64,000 bases of DNA. It comes from a virus. Both the position numbers and the translations under genes were made by a program. The notes beneath the pieces were generated by a model, which made no database searches, was not told the origin of the DNA, and saw nothing but the letters and a program-made list of their open reading frames with translations. Below, in pieces: positions 36,953 to 45,354 of this stretch. The DNA is taken from positions 3,842 through 67,841 of the IMG/VR virus record IMGVR_UViG_3300033141_004862. The stretch is one strand, 5' to 3'. Position 1 is the first letter of the stretch; each line of letters starts with the position of its first letter.

Positions 36953-37276
36953 ATGAACGAAAGAGATGGAATCGAAAGGCGTGCGCAGGACGAACCCTCC
37001 AACACCGAGAACGTATTTAGGCGATCTTCGGAGCGAGAGGGCGAGCGGGGAAGTTCTGATGGCGTGAGGATTGCCGAGTTGGGACGCCCGCCCCACATCG
37101 TGCATTTGGGGCCGGACGAGCACATGACCATCGCAGACCTTATCGCCGAAGGACACGTGACGGGAGCGCCCGACGTTCAGTATTTCGTCAATTCCCGTCA
37201 GGTTCACGATCTGTCGACGAGAGTCGAGAACGGAGACTCGGTCGTTGCCGTGAAGCGCATAACGGCGGGTTGTTGA
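36953..37276 (+). CDS. Ubiquitin-like (beta-grasp, ThiS/MoaD/SAMP-like) protein
   Basis: Disordered N-terminus, then VRIAELG...MTIADLI...YFVNSRQV..LSTRVENGDSVVAV.RITAG-C; first gene of the E2/E1/JAB operon. Confidence 0.78.
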   Translation: MNERDGIERRAQDEPSNTENVFRRSSEREGERGSSDGVRIAELGRPPHIVHLGPDEHMTIADLIAEGHVTGAPDVQYFVNSRQVHDLSTRVENGDSVVAVKRITAGC

Positions 37277-37336
37277 TTCTAACATCTCAGCGATGAGAAC
37301 CGAAGAGCCGGGGAGTCGAGACAAGGAGAACATTCA

Positions 37337-38800
37337 ATGACGCACGAACTTTGGCCGACAGTCACCGTCTTCCGAAGGGGCGTTGCGCAGTCCGCCGCCT
37401 CGGTTCTTTTGGGCCTAGGTGCGTCGGCACCTCGTGGGCTGATGGCAGTACCCGGAGCGAACGAGCAGCAAATCTGCGTATTCGGAGAACAACTCGACGA
37501 GTTTATACGGTTGTGCAGAACCCACGGCTACGAAGTTAGAGTCGGATCGGGAGCGCCGCCCCAACCAGCGACTCCCCAGGAACGAGTTACTCCGTCAGAA
37601 CCGGTACCTCCTTCCGAGGAGAAATGGGTGAGGCACAGGGAGCTGGGGAGAGCCAGGGGGGCAAGAACGAGAGAGCAGTTACGAGAGGAGCTATCCAGGG
37701 TAAGAACGCGACTAAGGCGAAGAAGGACACCCACGACCAGCATTCCCGAAGGCGATATCGTAATGGACGAGTCCGGCAACCTGCGGGTGGACAGAGCGGA
37801 AGCCGAGACGTTCAGGCGTCTCGTATCGACGAAAACGGAGCCTTTGAGGAATGCCGAGGACGAAGCGAGAAAGCGACTTAGCACGACGCGGGTTCAGAAG
37901 GACATTGCCGATAGGATGGCGGACATATTGATAACGCAGTCGAGTTCGCAGATGGAGAAAATGCGGACGCAGCTGAGCGAGATGACGAATCAGTACTTCC
38001 AGATGATAGACACCGCTCAATCCATAGTCGGACTCTATCAAGCCGAAAAGCATCTCAAAAAGGCGTTTGACCAGGTGAAATCACAACTCACCGAGGACGG
38101 CGAGGAGACGCGGAAACGAAAAGGCACGTTCAGATCGTACGCCAGATTGTTCGGGAAGGATACGAAGTTCTACGAGGACCTTTTCCGGAAGGGCTGCGAG
38201 TCGGTCCTGGATACGTTGGCGGGCCAGGACGGAATGGCAAAGAAGGTTGAAGAGGTGATCGAATCAACGGTAAGGCAGGCGGCGAAAATAGACGCGCTCC
38301 GAAGGCTCCTGAACGCTTCATCTTTAGAAAGACGGGCGCATTTGCGAAAAGAGTGCGAAGAACAGGTGCGGCAGATAGCGAACTACGACTTCGTCACCGC
38401 AGTAAGCGTCGAGAACCAGACGCTCCTGGTTGATGTCAAAGAGGTCATCATCATACATAACAGCCAGCGGTGGAACCTGGGCAGGTACAGAATGAAAATA
38501 GCATTGGGACCGAGAGAAGCACGTAGCCCCCGAATCGTCCTGTTCAACCTGGATTGGGGAAGCAACTACGGTCCCCAGGGGCCTCATATCACTAATAAGG
38601 GAACCGTCATCTGCTGGGGGAACATCGGAGCGGGCGTGAAAAAGCTCCATGCGGATTGGAACTGGCCCTTGCTCGTTCATATCCTGTGGAACTACCTCCA
38701 CAGCTACACGCCGGGCGATTGTTTCAACAGGATTGAGACCCTGTTCGAGCAGTTAGGACGTAGCCCCGAGCCTTTGGTCGGGCCTGCGGAAAATAAATAA
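37337..38800 (+). CDS. Coiled-coil protein with C-terminal prokaryotic E2/UBC-like domain
   Basis: Long helical middle; C-terminal LGRYRMKI...GPHITNKGTVICWGN...W..LVHILWNYL resembles the UBC HPNI..G.IC active site (Cys426). Confidence 0.7.
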   Translation: MTHELWPTVTVFRRGVAQSAASVLLGLGASAPRGLMAVPGANEQQICVFGEQLDEFIRLCRTHGYEVRVGSGAPPQPATPQERVTPSEPVPPSEEKWVRHRELGRARGARTREQLREELSRVRTRLRRRRTPTTSIPEGDIVMDESGNLRVDRAEAETFRRLVSTKTEPLRNAEDEARKRLSTTRVQKDIADRMADILITQSSSQMEKMRTQLSEMTNQYFQMIDTAQSIVGLYQAEKHLKKAFDQVKSQLTEDGEETRKRKGTFRSYARLFGKDTKFYEDLFRKGCESVLDTLAGQDGMAKKVEEVIESTVRQAAKIDALRRLLNASSLERRAHLRKECEEQVRQIANYDFVTAVSVENQTLLVDVKEVIIIHNSQRWNLGRYRMKIALGPREARSPRIVLFNLDWGSNYGPQGPHITNKGTVICWGNIGAGVKKLHADWNWPLLVHILWNYLHSYTPGDCFNRIETLFEQLGRSPEPLVGPAENK

Positions 38801-38812
38801 AAGGAGGAGTCG

Positions 38813-39538
38813 GTGGCGGAAGAAAGAGAACAAAACCAACCCGAAAACCAGACCGTGGACTACCAGAGACAGCTCGACATCTTCGACCCGGAGATACACA
38901 ATGGTAGGACCGTCGAAATTATCGGCGCAGGAGGCATAGGTTCGTTCGTGGCTTTGGCTTTGGCAAAGCTCGGCCTGAAGCATCTCAGGGTGTGGGATGG
39001 GGATGATTTGGAGGCCCACAACGTTCCGAACCAGTTCCACCTCGTTAAGGCGCTCGGAAAGAAGAAGGTCGTCTCGACGAAGACGTTGTGCAAGGAGATG
39101 GCGGATACGGAGATTGAAGTCGTTCCTGAATTTTGGGAGCCGGGGAAAGAGCTGAATGGGCTAGTCATCTCAGCGGTGGACAGCATGGGCATCACGGAAG
39201 ATGACCCGAGGCCGGGACGGAAGGAGCTGTGGGAAGCAGTCAGAGTGAGTCCGAGTGTCGAACTGCTGATCGACGCAAGGCTGGGAGGCGAGACGATTCG
39301 CGTCCTGTCGATCAGGCCCATCAACGATGCCTTGAAGCATGGTTGGTATGAGTCAAACCTGTTTACCGACAAGGAAGGTGCAGACTTGCCTTGTACGGGA
39401 CGGTCAATTATCGACGTTGGTTTCGCTGTGGCAGCCATCATCACTCGGTTGGTGAGGGGATATCTGAAGGACGGCGAGGTCATTCACGATATCGTGCTGA
39501 GTATGCGAGATCTAACGCTTATCAAAGTGGAGGTTTAG
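38813..39538 (+). CDS. E1-like ThiF/MoeB-family adenylyltransferase
   Basis: YQRQ, IIGAGGIGS, WDGD.LE.HN.PNQ, K, SAVDS, R, DARLG, putative catalytic Cys194 (LPCT). Confidence 0.92.
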   Translation: MAEEREQNQPENQTVDYQRQLDIFDPEIHNGRTVEIIGAGGIGSFVALALAKLGLKHLRVWDGDDLEAHNVPNQFHLVKALGKKKVVSTKTLCKEMADTEIEVVPEFWEPGKELNGLVISAVDSMGITEDDPRPGRKELWEAVRVSPSVELLIDARLGGETIRVLSIRPINDALKHGWYESNLFTDKEGADLPCTGRSIIDVGFAVAAIITRLVRGYLKDGEVIHDIVLSMRDLTLIKVEV

Positions 39539-39541
39539 CCA

Positions 39542-40567
39542 ATGAGTAAGAAGAAAAGTAGCAAGGAGAAAAAAGCCGCCGTAGTTGAGGTGTCGGAGCG
39601 AAAAAAGCCCGAAGAGGTCAAGTGGTCGATCCGCATGTCGCGGAAAATCCACGAAAAGATGCTGTACATCGCCAAGCTGAGCGAGCCGCGCGAGGTACAG
39701 ATGCTGGCGGCGGTGACGCAAAACGACAGGGAGTTCGAAATCGAGGACCTCTTTTTACTGAAACAGGGGGTGACCTTCGGTTCGGCGGACTTCGACATTC
39801 AGGATGTCGCGGAACTCGTGGCAAGGTATCCGCACCCGGAAAAGCTACGGGGGTGGGTGCACAGTCATGTTCGGATGGGAACCTTCTGGAGCGGCACAGA
39901 CATTGCGACGATCCAGCGACTCATGACGGACCTAGGGTGGCTCGTCAGTATTGTGATGTGCACGGACGGCTCGATGAGAGGCAGGATCGACGTGAGCCTG
40001 GCCGATATGCAGAAAAAGGTGAGAGAAGCTCCTGAACGGTACCAGGAGTTTCGCAACCTCCTGATGGTGCCTGAGATAGTGACCTGGGACGAGCTTCCGG
40101 TCAAGGTTGAGGAGGCGTTGACCGAGGAGGAGAAGTCAGCCATCAGAGCGGAGTTCGAGGAGAAAGTTGGCGGTAGTGAGTGGGAGGAGCCGACCTTCCT
40201 TCATCATGGTGAACGGGTGCTGAGAAAGTATGCGGAAGAAAGGCCGCGCTACCAGCGAACGCTCGACTTCAGTACCACAGCGACTCGTGAGATGTGCAGG
40301 ACTTGCCGCTTTTGGAATCTGTCCGATTCCGGAGGATACATGAAAAGGTGCAAAAAGAGCGGCAGGCTGATGCAAGGAGACGAAGGATGTTCCGAGTGGG
40401 AGGAGCGGGAAGAATTTGATGAAGGTACCGACTCGGAGCAGCTGTCCTGCACTTCGTGCCGATACGAAACGCACGGGCTGACGTGTCTGAAGGGCGTGGA
40501 CCGTGGCGGCAGCTTCTACCAAGACAGGGCGGATTTGCACTGTCCGTTCTACGTTCCTCGGGACTAG
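39542..40567 (+). CDS. JAB/MPN+ (JAMM) metalloprotease with C-terminal Cys-rich domains
   Basis: Catalytic E (REVQ), WVHSH.....FWS.TD JAMM motif; C-terminal CRTC..C..C and CTSC..C..C clusters. Confidence 0.88.
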   Translation: MSKKKSSKEKKAAVVEVSERKKPEEVKWSIRMSRKIHEKMLYIAKLSEPREVQMLAAVTQNDREFEIEDLFLLKQGVTFGSADFDIQDVAELVARYPHPEKLRGWVHSHVRMGTFWSGTDIATIQRLMTDLGWLVSIVMCTDGSMRGRIDVSLADMQKKVREAPERYQEFRNLLMVPEIVTWDELPVKVEEALTEEEKSAIRAEFEEKVGGSEWEEPTFLHHGERVLRKYAEERPRYQRTLDFSTTATREMCRTCRFWNLSDSGGYMKRCKKSGRLMQGDEGCSEWEEREEFDEGTDSEQLSCTSCRYETHGLTCLKGVDRGGSFYQDRADLHCPFYVPRD

Positions 40568-40996
40568 ACAAAGAAAACGGAATATGGGATGATGAATAAA
40601 ATGAGAGGCGGAGCAAAACGAGAATCTCGGCGCAACGCCGAGATAAGCCTGGTCCCGCCAGGCGCGCCAATAAGACTCCATCATCAACACCCCCTTTCCC
40701 CCTTTTTCCCAACCCACCGAGGTTCGGCGTTAATGCCGACTCGGTCCGAAAATCGCACCGATCCCCCAGTGTGGTGCGTGTGGGCAGGTTTGTTTTTCCC
40801 CAGACTCCCTCTGGGTTTTTGTTCCTGTCCACGCTCCGCCTCTCTAACATAAGCAGATTGCCATGATAGAGATAACGCTTGCGGCCGTAGCCGGATTCGT
40901 CTTTGGGTTCGTCGTCGGTTTTGGTGTCCAAACGACGAATAGACGGCGCAGGGAAAGACGACGGAAACTGGCGGAACGGCTGAGACGGGACTACAA

Positions 40997-41191
40997 ATGA
41001 GAAACAACCCGACGATTCAAAAGGTGCAGAAGGCAATCCGCACTCTCAAAGGTGCGATAGGAGCGCCTGGCGAAGGAGGAGCCATCGTGATAGTGGAGAA
41101 GATGGACAAGCTGGGATTCGCACTCTTGATGCTGGCTCTAGGTTTTCTCATCGGCTTGGTCGTTGGGTTTTTGGGAGGGTACCATTTTTGA
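40997..41191 (+). CDS. Small membrane protein
   Basis: C-terminal hydrophobic helix. Confidence 0.45.
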   Translation: MRNNPTIQKVQKAIRTLKGAIGAPGEGGAIVIVEKMDKLGFALLMLALGFLIGLVVGFLGGYHF

Positions 41192-41303
41192 AGGAGCGGC
41201 GCAGACAGCCGCAAATCTCACCCTTGACCCAGGGACCATGCGGATTGTCCCCTTTCTTCTACGTCCATGTGAGGCGGGGTGTCGGCTTGATTCTACAAGC
41301 GCC

Positions 41304-41325
41304 TTGACAAAGGAATCGAATTTTG
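41304..41325 (+). promoter_or_regulatory. Late-region motif TTGACAAAGGA-N3-GAATTTTG copy 1
   Basis: Shared with 42018-42039. Confidence 0.55.
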
Positions 41326-41340
41326 GGACCTTTCGAAGCG

Positions 41341-41580
41341 ATGGAGAAACCGAAAGCAAGAGGGGCGGGGGTGGCTGAATCCATACTCCGCGAAATCCAA
41401 AAGCGCCTCGACAGGGAACAGGAGGCGTTGCGCCTTTCCAACGCCATCCTGGCTCGAGGTGACGTACCTCGATGGAAGAGGATTGCGCATGAAGATCGGA
41501 TTCGGCTGGCTAGAGAACTCATTGATTTCATGACGCAGCTGGAACGCTCCGTCAGAGGACTCGAAAGGGGGAGGCGATGA
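41341..41580 (+). CDS. Hypothetical helical protein
   Basis: ATG 41341 after the TTGACA motif. Confidence 0.5.
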   Translation: MEKPKARGAGVAESILREIQKRLDREQEALRLSNAILARGDVPRWKRIAHEDRIRLARELIDFMTQLERSVRGLERGRR

Positions 41581-41822
41581 GGACAAGGACAAAATTCTTC
41601 CTGCTTAACATAGCGGGGCTGATTCTGATTTTTGCCGCTTCTCTCACCCTCCAGATGTGCCGGATAAGCGCCCTGGAACGCGAAAGTCGGGAGATTAGTG
41701 CGCAGCTGGAGGAACTCGGACCCCGGCTTGACAGGATCAGCGAGCAGGTCGAAGGAATCACCGAGGAGCTTGGCGTTTTCTTTCGGTCTCAATTCCCCGA
41801 ACCTCCTGCACCAATCGAATAG
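41577..41822 (+). CDS. Membrane-anchored coiled-coil protein
   Basis: N-terminal TM helix followed by a coiled coil. Confidence 0.6.
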   Translation: MRTRTKFFLLNIAGLILIFAASLTLQMCRISALERESREISAQLEELGPRLDRISEQVEGITEELGVFFRSQFPEPPAPIE

Positions 41823-42017
41823 ACGAAGGGTGCATGGATCCCACCACGAAAGGGCATTTCACCTGTCCCCTTTTGTTCCTTTTCCATAAAATCGTGTACC
41901 CTTGCGGATGGAGGCGGTGTGCCCCATTGTCCCAGGACATGATCCCAGACCCATACGAACTGTCCTCTTTCGCCAGAATCCATGTGAGGCTCGGTATCAT
42001 ATAACCCACAAAAGGGC

Positions 42018-42039
42018 TTGACAAAGGAGAGGAATTTTG
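42018..42039 (+). promoter_or_regulatory. Late-region motif TTGACAAAGGA-N3-GAATTTTG copy 2
   Basis: Upstream of the TerS-like gene. Confidence 0.55.
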
Positions 42040-42054
42040 AAAAGATTCCTTTTG

Positions 42055-42873
42055 ATGGCAAAGCGGAAAGATCAAGACGCTATGTCAACGCCCCCACCCC
42101 AGGCGGACATCTCCGACTACCCCGATCACGTTGAATCGTTCGAGACGTACTACTGGCTCGGCGAGAACCGGACGCTGAAGGAAACCGCCCTGTTGCGGTT
42201 CCAGGAGCTTGTTCCGGATTGTCCCCCAACTGACCCGAGATTCCCTTCCAAGTTCGAATCTTTCTACACCAAAATCAAGCGGTGGGCGGCGAAGGAGAAT
42301 TGGAAGGAGTGGGTGAAGCGCAAGGAGCTGGAGGAGCGGACGAAACGAGAGGGGGAGATGCGGGAGAAGATCATCCAGAGCCAGCGAAATATCGTTGGGT
42401 ACCGCGGCATCCTCCAGCAAGGACTCGTTGGTTTTTCTCGGAAAGTTTCTCGATCTACCCGTATTCTGAACCGCATCTTGCAAATCGAGGAAGTGCTTGC
42501 ACGAGGCGAACTCCCCGATGCGGCCAGAAAGGAGGCCGAGGTGGAGCTTGCAGACCTTCGTGAGGATTTGCGGCGGAACGGAATTGAAATCCGTAGCTAC
42601 AAGGAGGCGAAGGAATGCATTGAACTCGACCTCCATCTCGGAAGGTATTTGGAGGAGCTTCCTGACGTAACGGAACACGGGAAATCGAGACTGTCCGAGG
42701 GGACAGCAGAAACCATTGACAAGATCATGGAAATCCTCCGCAAACGTGCGGCGGACAGTGTAAGGAGGAGCATTGGCGACGACAACCGCGAATTTGAGGA
42801 AGCATACCAGGAGCGTCTTGGGAAACGGCGCGATCGTTCGAAGAAAGCCCCGCCCTCTGATTTTTCTTCGTAA
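42055..42873 (+). CDS. Putative terminase small subunit (HTH)
   Basis: FETYYWLGENRTLKETA...IKRWAAKENWKE pattern, a helical body, and a position upstream of TerL. Confidence 0.6.
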   Translation: MAKRKDQDAMSTPPPQADISDYPDHVESFETYYWLGENRTLKETALLRFQELVPDCPPTDPRFPSKFESFYTKIKRWAAKENWKEWVKRKELEERTKREGEMREKIIQSQRNIVGYRGILQQGLVGFSRKVSRSTRILNRILQIEEVLARGELPDAARKEAEVELADLREDLRRNGIEIRSYKEAKECIELDLHLGRYLEELPDVTEHGKSRLSEGTAETIDKIMEILRKRAADSVRRSIGDDNREFEEAYQERLGKRRDRSKKAPPSDFSS

Positions 42874-42937
42874 GACTTCCAAGCCGAACCGACGTTCATC
42901 GGGTCGTAAATAATCAAACCAGGCAAAGGAGGATACG

Positions 42938-43795
42938 ATGCCAAAGAAACCCCCCGAGTTCAAAGATGTGCCATTCGGGCAGATAAAACTATGGGGAAAG
43001 AATCCGCGCCAAATCGAACCAGACAAGCTCCAAGCCCTGGCTCGTAGCATCGAAAAGTACAGCCTCTTTCAGAATCTAACCTGCTGGATCGAGGACGGCG
43101 AGTACGTTACTGGCGGCGGGAACATGCGTTGGAGGGCGATGAAAGAGATCTTGGGATGGCCGCCCGACAAACTGGTTCACATCTCGGTAAACTACCCCGA
43201 GAGCGAAGCCGAGAAGCTCGAGTTGTCTTTCCTGGACAACCAGAGCTTCGGATTCTACAACGAACTGGAGGTCGCAAGTCTCATCCGTCCCCACGCAGAA
43301 GAGATGGATTTGGACTTTCTGTCCATCGAGTCGAGAAGCCCAGTCGCCCTTCGTACCATTCTCGACGACTGGGAGGAGGATGAGGGGATGGTTCCTGTCC
43401 TTGATATCTACGACGGGTCTGCGCCGATGGGAAATCGAGTGCCCATCTCAGGCGACTGGACTGTCGTGGGAGTGGGGAACTACTGCGGCATTGTGCCGAG
43501 GACCATGGCTGAGCCTGTCGTTGAATTACTCCGACGGAAGTTCGGAGAGGCGAGGCAGGGTCGGACGAAAGCTGGCGAGATGATATGTGACATGGTGCGG
43601 CGGGCATTAGAACCCGAGGTGGGACCTGCTCCTCCTGCAGGCGGCAAGGAGGACATGACTGAGCGAAGACGTGCGGAGAAGCAGGCCCGACGTGAGGCAG
43701 AGGCGAAGGAGCTTGAGAGGATAAAGGCCAAACGAGCTGCAAAGAAAGATGCGAAGAATCGTGAGAAGGGCAAACGATCTTCGGGACGCGCTTGA
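42938..43795 (+). CDS. ParB/Srx-like domain protein
   Basis: KNPRQI...L..LARSIEKY...GGNMRWRAM. Confidence 0.78.
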   Translation: MPKKPPEFKDVPFGQIKLWGKNPRQIEPDKLQALARSIEKYSLFQNLTCWIEDGEYVTGGGNMRWRAMKEILGWPPDKLVHISVNYPESEAEKLELSFLDNQSFGFYNELEVASLIRPHAEEMDLDFLSIESRSPVALRTILDDWEEDEGMVPVLDIYDGSAPMGNRVPISGDWTVVGVGNYCGIVPRTMAEPVVELLRRKFGEARQGRTKAGEMICDMVRRALEPEVGPAPPAGGKEDMTERRRAEKQARREAEAKELERIKAKRAAKKDAKNREKGKRSSGRA

Positions 43796-44049
43796 AAAGG
43801 TAGTCGAAGCCGTCTCGACATTCGGAGTCACGGCAGAGGAAGCTGCCGGGGCGTTGAGAAGGATGTCGAGGATCGGGCGGATGGAGACGACCTCACGCAC
43901 TAACGTACCCGAGTCGGGTATCGAACATGCGGATGGGGTCTTGCGCCCCTCGAAGGTGCCGCCCGAAGTGTCTGACGTTTCCGAGGCTGTGGAAAATTTC
44001 AAGAAACAGATGCTTACGAGCAGTCTGATTGAGTAGGAAAAGGAACGCC

Positions 44050-45354
44050 ATGAGCAAGAGCCTTTTGAAAATCTGGCACACCGCCGCAACCCCGAACATG
44101 ATGGCTGGATACGTTGCGGGCCTGTTCAGACACTTCTGCGCAAAACGAGGCATCACCGTCGACAACAAGAAGGACTTTGACGTCATCTTCTACTCGGTGT
44201 ATGATCCCCAAGACGTCTTTCACCTCAAACGTCTGAGGGAGAAGTTCCCGGACAAGCTCATCATCGTAGGAGGAATCGAAGCCTTCTCCCCTGCCTACCT
44301 CCTTCGGTACGCCGACTATGCGAACGTTGGCGAAGGATTCGAGTTTCTGAAGAACTTCCCCGTCGATAAAGGAGTGCCGGGACTTGCGGACTGGTGCGAG
44401 GAGCAGCCCTACATAGCGTCAAGAGCGAAAGTTGGGCAAACGATCAAGCCGAGCTACTACATTCCGTGGGAGGAGCTTCCCGTCATCAAGGTCGGGCGCA
44501 AGCAGTACTACTACCTGTGTGCCAAAGGGTGTTCGAGAAAGTGCTTGTTCTGCATGACGTCCTGGTGCTATCCATACATGCAAAATCCCATCCATCAGCG
44601 AAAGTTCTTTAACAAACTGGCAGAGGGAGGAAACTCCATCTATTTCGTCGGGAACGATACGGGAGATTTTGAGCCGCCCGAGAAGAGCACTGCGGCTGCA
44701 TCTCTGTCTGTCAAGCGGTTTTTACAAAACCCGTCGAAGTACCGCCACAAGCGGATGCTCCATATCGGCGTGGAGGGATGGTCCGAGGCGCGTCGTAAGT
44801 TCTACGGTAAGCCAATATCGAATCAGGAGATACGGGACCTCCTCACGGTGACCAAGAATCAAAACACGCTGTGGGAGATGTTCTTGATAATCCAATACCC
44901 CTTCGATCCAACAGAGCTGGTGGATGCCATTCCGCCCGATACCGACAACTACCCGCGCATTTACCTCAAGTTCACGCACCTCGATCCGTCTCCGCATACT
45001 CCGTTCGAGGATTGGAGCATGGAGCATGAGGAGAACATTCACCACGACGATATCTACGACATGTTCTGCGGGAAGAACCGCAGATTCCGTTCCTTTCCGG
45101 TTCTCCGGGTTCAGGCTGAGCATACGAAGGCCATGCTTCGACGTTCGACGATGGAGCAGGCCGACCTGGTGGTGATGGGGAGACGCTATTGGAAGGCGGG
45201 ACTGGAGGCGTGGAGGGAGTGGATTCAGAAGTGCGGTCTATGGGAAGTCTACCGGGGGAAGTGGACGCGTCAATTTCCGATTGAGCATCCGAACCCGCAA
45301 TATCTCAAGGCCAAAGAGAAAGTGAAGAAGAAGGCTCACCTAATACCAGGGTAG
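44050..45354 (+). CDS. Radical SAM protein with N-terminal B12-binding-like domain
   Basis: IIVGG, VGEG, CxxxCxxC (GCSRKCLFC), GVEG.SE..R, P.PHTPF. Confidence 0.85.
   Translation: MSKSLLKIWHTAATPNMMAGYVAGLFRHFCAKRGITVDNKKDFDVIFYSVYDPQDVFHLKRLREKFPDKLIIVGGIEAFSPAYLLRYADYANVGEGFEFLKNFPVDKGVPGLADWCEEQPYIASRAKVGQTIKPSYYIPWEELPVIKVGRKQYYYLCAKGCSRKCLFCMTSWCYPYMQNPIHQRKFFNKLAEGGNSIYFVGNDTGDFEPPEKSTAAASLSVKRFLQNPSKYRHKRMLHIGVEGWSEARRKFYGKPISNQEIRDLLTVTKNQNTLWEMFLIIQYPFDPTELVDAIPPDTDNYPRIYLKFTHLDPSPHTPFEDWSMEHEENIHHDDIYDMFCGKNRRFRSFPVLRVQAEHTKAMLRRSTMEQADLVVMGRRYWKAGLEAWREWIQKCGLWEVYRGKWTRQFPIEHPNPQYLKAKEKVKKKAHLIPG

Noticed and set aside
36953-39538. Thiamine/molybdopterin (ThiS-ThiF, MoaD-MoeB) sulfur-relay interpretation
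   Set aside because: No ThiG, MoaE, rhodanese or desulfurase nearby, the E1 lacks the CxxC Zn pairs of ThiF/MoeB, and an E2-like gene sits between Ubl and E1. Disfavoured, though not formally excluded.
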